A stretch of DNA of 11,840 nt, taken from Octopus sinensis (lineage: Eukaryota). The DNA lies in the NCBI RefSeq assembly GCF_006345805.1, contig NW_021826874.1, positions 1-11,840 on the forward strand. Reading direction: 5' to 3'. Below the pieces are notes generated by a model that worked only from the letters and a program-made list of their open reading frames with translations, had not been told where the DNA came from and did not search any database. Of the stretch, positions 1 to 7,821 are shown piece by piece (position 1 is the stretch's first letter; each line of letters starts with the position of its first letter). The position numbers and the translations under genes are program-made.

Positions 1-2
1 AA

Positions 3-157
3 ATACATACATACATACATACATACATACACAATACATAAATACATACATACATACATACATACATACATTAAGCATACGTACATGCATACATACATAC
101 ATACATACATACATACATACATACATACTACATACATACATACATACATACATACAT
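3..157. repeat. (TACA)n microsatellite
   Basis: Near-perfect TACA tandem array, read directly. Confidence 0.97.
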
Positions 158-249
158 AAGAAATAATTTTATATTTGGATACACACCTTGTAGTATGCTA
201 TTTAAAGCTTTTTCACAGTATTCGGCTACCTGATGTTAACAACAGTATG

Positions 250-1130
250 GAACTATATGCGTCATCGGCAAAGAGGAGATCTCTGATGAAGGTTGACTTG
301 GTTTTGGTTTTTGCTCTGAGGTGTGAAAGATTGAAAAGAGACCAATCAGTTCTCCACTGAATGCAGACATCTCCAGCAGATTCTTTGAAGGCAAAGAAGA
401 TGCTGAAAAGAGTCAGTATCAGAACCCTGTTTAACTCCGCTTCTGATGCCAAAGCTCTCTGATGTGGGACCATTGAACTGGACTGTGCTTTCATACCTTT
501 ACGAAAGGACATGATGAGTTGGAGAAGAGTTGGTGAACGTCCAATCTTGTGAAGAACCATGAACAATCCTGATCTGTATCGAACGCCTTATGTCTACAAA
601 TGCCATATGGAGGGATGGACTTTGTTCGTGACACTTTTCTTGGTGCTGTCGAAAAGAAAATACCATGTCCATTGTTGAGCGTCCTAATCAGAAATCCCAC
701 AGATTTTCTGGAAGAATTCTCTCTGTTAATCTGTTAAATTCTTCAAGCGTATCAACAGTATTCGGCCAAATGCTTTCTTGTAATACTCATCAATGAAATA
801 CCTATTTAGTTGTTGCAGTCTTCCTTGTCTTCATTGTTCTTATACAGAGTCACTATGTTCGCACCTCTCAGATGCCTTGTGGGACCCCTCAATGCTTCCA
901 GCAGAGAATCAAGAGCGTGTACATATGAGGAAGGATGGTGTCCTTGTTTTCTTTCGGGATTTCAGCTGCCATATTGTTATTTCTGGGAGACTTTCAACTT
1001 GCGAGCTCATCAATGGCTTTCGCCAGTTCCTCCTAGGTGGGTTCTTTGTCAAGTTCTGTTATCTCTGGAAATTGCGGAATTACTTCTTGTAGGCTTTCAT
1101 CCACTGATCGGTCTTGTGAGTAGAGGCATG
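250..1130 (-). mobile_element. Decayed RTE-clade LINE, reverse-transcriptase region (downstream part of the outer element)
   Basis: Minus-strand translation across stops and frameshifts gives RTE RT motifs in order: ELDKEPT*EELAKAIDELAS*KSP, ANIVTLYKN, DCNN*IGISLMSI, KAFDT, FMVLHKIG, TLFSIFF, WRTDWSLFNLSHLRAKTKTKSTFIRDLLFADD. Similarity is lost just after FADD; the left boundary is approximate. Confidence 0.9.
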
Positions 1131-1577
1131 TACTTACTTGTACTTGTGGCGACATTCACCCTGGGCGGGTTGAGTCGGCTTCTTCCAGCACCCTCGAGGC
1201 ATCTCGAACCATGGCAGCCCACGCACGACGGTCCTGCGCCAGTTCACTGGAGATAGCGAGCCAGTCACGGTTCCATCCGCGCAGGCCGTCCACCTGCGGG
1301 CCCGTGAGCACGGAGAGGTCCTCCTTGATCGTCGTAACCCAGGTCTTCAGCTGCTCGCCCGCGCGTTTCCGCCGGTTGGGAAGTGAAGTTGGGAGAAGGA
1401 CATCACGGCTCAGTTCACCCACCGGACGCCTACATGCATGGCCAAACCACCGCAAGCGCCGTTGCAGGACAGATGGAAGGGACCGCAGAGACAGGCGAAG
1501 TCGGAGATTGGCGGTGGGAACTCGATCCACCCGACGGCAGCGAAGAATGCACCGGAGGCTGTCGAAGACAAAGACTA
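1131..1577 (-). mobile_element. 5'-truncated RTE LINE 3' end (second family) nested in the outer RTE
   Basis: Stop-free frame 1575->1156 (VFDSLRCILRCRRVDRVPT...LQRRLRWFGHACRRP...KTWVTTIKEDL...AQDRRAWAAMVRD...STRPG*), typical of an RTE C-terminus. Tail is CAAGTA-CAAGTA-AGTA. TSD AGTAGAGG(C/A)ATG at 1119-1130 and 1578-1589. Confidence 0.92.
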
Positions 1578-2000
1578 AGTAGAGGAATGAGTAATGCTCA
1601 AACCGTCCCTCCTTTTGCTAGTGTTTATCTGTGATCTGCACTCTGGATAAGGATTTTAGCGATACCACTTTGTCGATCTGTGATCCAAAAGCAATTCGGA
1701 TCCTTTCATACATCCTTCTTATGTCACCAACGTCAGAAGCCCTTGAATGTCTGTTCAAGGATTTCCCCAATAGTTGTTTGCACATCTTTGTGGAGAGTCG
1801 ATTTTGCGGCTCGCAGTTTGTTCAAGGTTCAATCTGATGGTGCCTTGTTGCATGTCAGTAGAACAGCCCGTTTTTTTCTCGATCAGTGGCATTAGTGCCG
1901 ATGCTTTGGTCCCAATCCAGTCTGTCCGAGATTCTTTGATGCCATCGACAGTGAGCAGCTTCATGCCACGGGATTCACTTCAAGAATTCCTTTGTATCCG
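1578..2000 (-). mobile_element. Decayed RTE LINE, EN-RT linker region (upstream part of the outer element)
   Basis: Translation pieces RTDWIGTKASALMPLIEKK, QRCANNYW, ASDVGDIRRMYERIRIAFG, QITDKH, FEHYSFLY. Removing the insert and one TSD copy restores a continuous FEHYSFLYSQDRSVDESLQEVIPQF. The right boundary is approximate. Confidence 0.85.
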
Positions 2001-2056
2001 TAGAGTTTATAAAACTACGAGAGAAAGAGCGAAAGTGAAATTCACGAGATTCTTTA

Positions 2057-2166
2057 TACATACATACATACATACATACATACATACATACATACATACA
2101 TACATACATACATACATACATACATACATACATACATACATACACACACACACATACATACATACA
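2057..2166. repeat. (TACA)n microsatellite
   Basis: Direct tandem array. Confidence 0.97.
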
Positions 2167-2282
2167 AAAATACCCTGATGTTGATGTTGCAATTTCAATG
2201 AATGAATCTAGGTTAGGTGGATCTGGGTTAGAAACCGGTTCTTTCTCTATTGGCAAGAAATCTTGAAATAAACTGAATAATG

Positions 2283-2430
2283 ACATACATACATACATAC
2301 ATACATACATACATACATACACACATAGCTACATACATGCGTATATACATATATACATACATATACGTCTGTCTATTCTCTCCTCACGTTCTCACTTTCC
2401 TCTCTTTCTTTCTCTCTCTCTCTCTTTCTC

Positions 2431-2467
<37 letters not shown>

Positions 2468-2475
2468 CTCTGTCT
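2283..2475. repeat. (TACA)n array followed by (CT)n array
   Basis: TACA/TA repeats at 2283-2365 and CT repeats at ~2392-2475. Confidence 0.95.
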
Positions 2476-2769
2476 CATTTCCTCCCATTGTAACTCAAGA
2501 TTATTCATAAACTCTGATGAGCTCTTAAGGACTGGCCTTTTACCTTCAGCTTCTTCACATGAAATACGTTAGAAATAAAGTTCAACTTGGAATAGGACGC
2601 AAGTCTATGTCCACCATTTCCGATCGCAGCGTAGGTGACAACTGAGGCTGCTGTTATCTAAATATACCCCACATACATAATTGAATGGATTTGAACCCAC
2701 GACCGTCAAATTACTAGAGGCCCTATTTCAGCTATGTTGTTGACATCTTGTGTGATTAATTTTTCTACT

Positions 2770-3055
2770 TATATAGACGACAACGAGGTTACCTCCGTAT
2801 GATCTAAGTGCTAAAACTAGCGGTTAAGTGTCCTTCAAAACACAATCTGTTATTTAAACATGAACTTATTTAGCAATGCATCTGAAGTACCCTGATTCCT
2901 TAAATTAAGCTGGCTATGGTTTGAATACTTTTGACTATGAATGTTGCTAAAACAAAGCTGACCTTGGGCTAAACATCGACAAAGGCACGTCTACACAGGA
3001 TTTGAACCTACGACAGTTCAGATGGTAGTCCAGTACTCTAACCACGCGCCAATCC
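2770..3055 (-). mobile_element. Old tRNA-derived SINE (degenerate)
   Basis: Minus strand has an A-box-like TGGCGCGTGG near 3042-3051 and a B-box GGTTCAAATCC at ~2998-3008. The extent of the body is uncertain. A second isolated B-box (GGATTTGAACC on +) lies at ~2687-2697. Confidence 0.5.
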
Positions 3056-3199
3056 GGTTCATTTCGATCTCTTTCTCGATTGGCTGGACAACAAATTTCA
3101 CTAACCAATCGGCACCTTTCTTACTTCCTTGAATTGATTTTCATAAAAATCAATAAATATATAAAAATGATTTAATAAAAGTAAACAGAATACCTTGAC

Positions 3200-4100
3200 A
3201 AAGACACACACATACATATACAGACATATATACACGCATACATTCATATACATACATATCTACACCCATTCACATGTATTAATATATTCCTACACATAAA
3301 TACACACGCTTATATTCACAAACATATACACATTCGTATACACATGTATTCACCCACATGGTCACACACACAAACCTATACACATATTCACACATAGACA
3401 GACACATACACAAGGACATTCACAAACGCATATAGAAATATATTCCAACACACACACATACCTATACATACATGTGTTAATGCATACATGTACACATGTA
3501 TTCAAACATACCTTCACATATATATATAGGTACACACGCATACGTTTCCCGTTCTCATTAACGTACAACATCTCATACACTTCCCCTCAAACACACTGCC
3601 ACTCTTCTCTGTCTGTCTGTCTCTCCTTCTCATCCCTCTCCCTCCCCCCTCTCTCTCTCTAACTCACCTCACAAACGAGAATCTTGAAATTGACTCTAAA
3701 AGCACAAGAACCAATAATATTTTCGTCTATACTCACATACACACACACACACACGCATGTGCACACACATACACACATGCACACCTGCATGCACACACGC
3801 ACACGCATATGCACACACACACACTCAGCGTGCACATATACATAAATATTTACACACATAGATATGCATACAAAAGCAGTAAATTACACACACACACACA
3901 CACACACACACGTAACATACTGATGCGTTTATTAATGCACACATACATGTATGCATACTTGCATACAAAGACACATGCATACATGCATATACGTACATAT
4001 ATACACATGGCATGCATAGATGCACACACGAACATACATGCATACATGCATGCTTGTATGCATACATACAGATGCATACACATCCAACTAATTACATAAA
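3200..4100. repeat. Degenerate (CA)n/(TACA)n/(TGCA)n low-complexity tract with a short CT tract
   Basis: Direct inspection; interrupted by a unique island at ~3661-3732. Confidence 0.9.
3668..3695 (-). other. Candidate 28-nt micro-exon
   Basis: Minus strand reads ggttcttgtgcttttAG|AGTCAATTTCAAGATTCTCGTTTGTGAG|GTGAGT, a pyrimidine-rich acceptor and a consensus donor in a unique island. No transcript evidence. Confidence 0.3.
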
Positions 4101-4132
4101 TATTGTACACCCCTTTAAACCACACAGCTACT

Positions 4133-4725
4133 GTACCACCAGAACCATCACTACTATCTCCACCACCACCACCACAACCATCACCGCCACCTACACCTTC
4201 GCCACCACCACCATCACCACCACCACCACTATCACCACATCACACCTCCATTACAACACCTCCATTACAACACCACCATAGGCATAACCAATACCACCAC
4301 CACCACCACCACCACAAGCTTAGCAGTATCACCATCACACCACCCACCACCACCACCACCACCACCACCGTCGCCGCCGCCACCACCACCACCGTCGCCG
4401 CCGCCACCACCACCACCGTCGCCGCCGCCACCACCATCACCACTATCAAAACTATCATCATCACCACCACCACACCCATCACCACTACCACTGTCACTAC
4501 AGGCACTACAACCACCACCACCACCACCACCACCACCACACCACCACAACCACCACTACCACCACTGCCACCACAACCACTAACACCACCACCACCACTA
4601 CCACCACAACCACCACTACCTACACCCACCCACCGACCACCACAACCACCACTACCACCACTACCACCACAACCACTAACACCACCACTACCACCACAAC
4701 CACCACCACCACCACAACCATCACC
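4133..4725. repeat. (CAC/CCA)n trinucleotide low-complexity tract with higher-order units
   Basis: Contains three copies of CACCACCACCGTCGCCGCCGC (~4360-4430) and a duplicated block CCACCACAACCACCACTACCACCACT(G/A)CCACCACAACCACTAACACCACCA. Confidence 0.93.
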
Positions 4726-4803
4726 AATTACAATGTGTAAAAGTTACTGAGTCAACTGTTTTCGAAGCGTTTTGCTGGCTTTCGTTTTTTCAGTGGACAA
4801 ATC

Positions 4804-4815
4804 GTGTGTTTGTGT

Positions 4816-4868
<53 letters not shown>

Positions 4869-5314
4869 AGTGTGTGAGTGCGTGTGAGAGAGAGAGAGAG
4901 AGAGAGATAGTGTGTGTGTGTGTGTGTGTGTGTGTTTGTGTGTGTGTACGATGATCGATGTTTGTGCGTGTGGTGGATAGCTTGTTTACTGTATGATGAG
5001 TTTGTGTGTGATGTAATTGTGTGTCTTCGTGATGTAATTGTACGTGTGTGTGTGTGTGTGTGTCTGTTGATTGTGTCTACGGTTGTATCTCATACCATCT
5101 GTGTGTGTGTGTGTATGTGTGTGTGTCTACGGTTGTATCTCATATCATCTGTGTGTGTGTATGTGCGTGTGTAAGTGTGTGTGTTTGTGTGTGCACGTGC
5201 TTTCTGATGTTACTCACATGCATACATATCTACCTACCTGCCTACCTACCTACATATATATACATACATACATACATGCAGATATGTAGATGCAGAGAAA
5301 TGCAACAGAGAGAC

Positions 5315-5351
<37 letters not shown>

Positions 5352-5420
5352 TAAGAGAGAGAGAGTAAGAGAGAGAGAGAGAGAGAGAGAGTAAGAGAGA
5401 GAGATAGAGAGAGGGTGAGA
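4804..5420. repeat. (GT)n, (TACC/TACA)n and (GA)n microsatellite cluster
   Basis: Direct inspection. Confidence 0.93.
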
Positions 5421-5489
5421 GATGTGAAGCAACATGAATTCAATGCTTAGAACGGAAATCGTTATTGATTTCTTGTCTTAATTGGAACA

Positions 5490-6230
5490 ATCTCTCTCCC
5501 TTTCCTTCCCTTCTGCCACAGATGTTCTCACACTGAATCGCTCTCCTTCACATACTCTCTTCTTCTCTGTCTCTGTCTCTCTCTCATAAATTCTCCCTCC
5601 CTCCTTCTATCGTGCTCTCCCCTTCACATGCCCTTCCTCTCTCACCTTAATGTCTTAATTTCTTTGTTTATTTCTATCCCTCCCCCAATATCTTTGCCTC
5701 GCTTTCTTTATCTCTCTGTTTCTCCCCCTTAGTTTTTTTGTCACTTTCTACCTTTCTCACTCTCTCTCTCTCTCTCTCTCTACCCCTCTCCCTTTCTTAA
5801 TTTCTTTCTCTTTATCTCTCTTTCTCTATCTCTTTCATCTCTCTCTAAATTTTATTTTTCTCCCTTTATTTCCATTCTCTCTCCCCTTCTCACTCCTCCT
5901 TTGTATCATTGTCTCTTTCTCCTTCTTTCTCCCTCTCTGTCTCTCCCAACCTCTGTTTCCTCCACCCTCCCCTCAAATCTCTCTCTTTCTCCCTCTCTCT
6001 CTCTCTCTCTCTTGCCTCTCTGTATTTCTCCCACCCCTTAATCACTCTGGAATACATTTCTGTATTTAAATATTTACCACCACAAGTCATCAATAAACAT
6101 TAACAAACATAAATCACTTCATTCTATCAGCATCTTCCACCTCACCCCACCATCCCCCCTCATCTCACCATCCCCCTCCCTCGTTTCACCATCCCCCACC
6201 TCTCCCCTGTTCACCTCACCATCCCTTTCG
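5490..6230. repeat. Long polypyrimidine (CT-rich) low-complexity tract ending in CACCATCCC repeats
   Basis: Strong pyrimidine bias on +; CACCATCCC recurs four times in ~6145-6226. Confidence 0.85.
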
Positions 6231-6249
6231 CCTTATAATCCTTCCTCAC

Positions 6250-6588
6250 CGTTCCTTTCCCTCATCATTTTCTTGATCCTAGCAGCCAACCAAGGTGAGT
6301 TGGAGATAGTCATCTTCTTGAACGAACTCGTATTCTTCAGAGTCGAAGAGAAGAAAATATGGTGGCAGTGGCGAAGGTGGTGGTGGTGGAGGCGGCGGCG
6401 GTGGTGGTGATGGTAGTGGTGGTGGTGGGGTGTTATCAAGAAAGAGAAGTTTTCTCGGCAGTCCAGCAACGATACACAACCTCAGCAGATCGATAAAGTT
6501 CCACCGGGGAGCCGTTTCAGTTGGCAGAGTCCGCTACCAGATGTGAGGGTCACAATAATGTCAGAGTTGAGGACGATTCATGTCCTGC
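6250..6588 (-). other. Candidate host exon (possible 5'UTR plus start of CDS)
   Basis: Minus strand has acceptor gtaactacacgattttttgcAG before 6588 and donor G|GTGAGG after 6250. ATG at 6313 (aagATG) gives MTISNSPWLAARIKKMMRERN. Plus-strand alternatives exist and no homology is recognised. Confidence 0.25.
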
Positions 6589-6614
6589 CTGCAAAAAATC
6601 GTGTAGTTACCTGC

Positions 6615-6629
6615 TCTATCTATCTATCT

Positions 6630-6706
<77 letters not shown>

Positions 6707-6724
6707 ATCTATCTATCTATCTAT
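6615..6724. repeat. (TATC)n microsatellite forming the 3' tail of the adjacent RTE element
   Basis: The array begins at the terminal GGA TAG of the minus-strand RTE frame. Confidence 0.95.
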
Positions 6725-7020
6725 CCGCTCAGTCAAAGTCGACTCTCGGTTACTCGATGGATCAGTGTCCTCCAGCCAGTTCTATCCTGGGCTGCTTCTT
6801 TCAGATTGGCTATGTCCATTCCCGTATCACTCTTGATGGTGTCAAGCCAGCGGGTTCTTGGTCGGCATCGCCTAACTCCCTTGATTCAATCCCTGATCGA
6901 CTGCGTCTGGGGTACCACTTGAGAAGAACCGGTTTGTCATCCCACGGTCTCGTTGGAGTGGAAGGGATGCTGCCGTGAGGTTGAGGGGTGGCATGTGTTG
7001 GATCTGTTTGATCCTCATAT
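6721..7020 (-). mobile_element. BovB-like RTE 3' end, possibly a bipartite non-autonomous element
   Basis: 6885->6721 translates IKGVRRCRPRTRWLDTIKSDTGMDIANLKEAAQDRTGWRTLIHRVTESRL*LSG*, resembling the RTE/BovB C-terminus. Sequence at 6900-7020 is not ORF-like. The 5' boundary is uncertain. Confidence 0.8.
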
Positions 7021-7191
7021 GTAAGCACCTCAACAGATTCAGCTTTAAGAACCAGATCATCGGTAGAACACTGACGGTCAGCTAATCTTCAGATCTTTGT
7101 TGTTGTCTGCAGATGTGGAGAAAAATTGCGAAGTCGTCAACCTCAAATAATACTAACTTAAAATCAAAATCACACACTTTATCTTTTACCT

Positions 7192-7421
7192 ATTTCTTTA
7201 CTACCCACAAGGGGCTAAACACAGAGGGGACAAACAAGGACGGACAAACGGATTAAGTCGATTATATCGACCCCAGTGCGTAACTGGTACTTAATTTATC
7301 GACCCTGAAAGGATGAAAGGCAAAGTCGACCTCGGCGGAATTTGAACTCAGAACGTAGCGGCAGACGAAATACCGCCAAGCATTTCGCCCGGCGTGCTAA
7401 CGTTTCTGCCAGCTCGCCACC
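7192..7421 (-). mobile_element. Full-length tRNA-derived SINE with 15-bp TSD
   Basis: B-box GAGTTCAAATTCC (rc of 7337-7349), A-box-like TGGCAGAAACG near the 5' end, central GCCTTTCATCCTTTCAGGGTCGATAAATTAAGTACC. TSD CTTTA(T/C)CTTTTACCT at 7177-7191 and 7422-7436. Confidence 0.9.
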
Positions 7422-7436
7422 CTTTACCTTTTACCT

Positions 7437-7587
7437 TTAACTTGTTTCAGTCATTGGACTGCGGCCATGCTGGAGCACCACCTTGAAGGATTTAGTCAAA
7501 TAGATCGACCCCTGTACGTACGTTTTTTTGTCGAACCGCTAGTTACGGTGACGTAAATCAACCAACACCTTTCGTCAAGCGGTGGTT
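7437..7587 (-). mobile_element. SINE 3' fragment (related to 7961-8369)
   Basis: CTTGTTTCAGTCATTGGACTGCGGCCATGCTGGAGCACC...GAACCGCTAGTTACGGTGACGTAAA aligns by eye with ~7977-8140 and ~10025-10190. Confidence 0.85.
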
Positions 7588-7609
7588 AACTAACACGAAT
7601 ATACACATG

Positions 7610-7615
<6 letters not shown>

Positions 7616-7653
<38 letters not shown>
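7616..7653. repeat. (CA)n microsatellite
   Basis: Perfect CA array. Confidence 0.97.
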
Positions 7654-7656
<3 letters not shown>

Positions 7657-7821
7657 CATTTATGTATAGGAAAAGAAAATGGAGAAATTGACAGATAGAC
7701 ATCAATTTCTTAACCCAACTCCAGTTTCTTATAACCAACAATTGTTTCCATGTTCAATTAATTTCAAATGACAAATAAACAATTTAATTAAATGTGCATC
7801 TTGAATATAGCTAATTGAATA

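Noticed and set aside
793-1895. Plus-strand ORFs over the LINE region
   Set aside because: They are antisense shadows of the minus-strand RTE sequences.
2225-2237. 13-mer GGGTTAGAAACCG shared with 7830-7842
   Set aside because: About one 13-mer match is expected by chance in 12 kb, and it does not extend.
2514-2570. CTGATGAG as a hammerhead core
   Set aside because: No stem II closed by GAAA at a suitable distance.
4103-4750. 215-aa Pro/Thr/His-rich ORF (extensin/mucin-like) and its antisense Gly/Val ORFs
   Set aside because: CAC/CCA repeats are stop-poor in most frames. The residue type changes with repeat phase and no domain is present.
4360-5160. CRISPR-like repeat-spacer array
   Set aside because: The repeats are simple tandem units without unique spacers, in a eukaryotic context with no cas genes.
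1975-5443. Many ORFs of MYVC, HTYI, CV, SL or ER type
   Set aside because: These are translations of microsatellites.
7025-7070. Minus-strand STDDLVLKAESVEVL resembling an RT YADD motif
   Set aside because: Too short, with no flanking RT motifs to support it.
7081-7150. Plus-strand branch point and acceptor (CTAAT...tctgcAG) before 7113
   Set aside because: No donor or meaningful ORF follows before the SINE; such motifs are common by chance.
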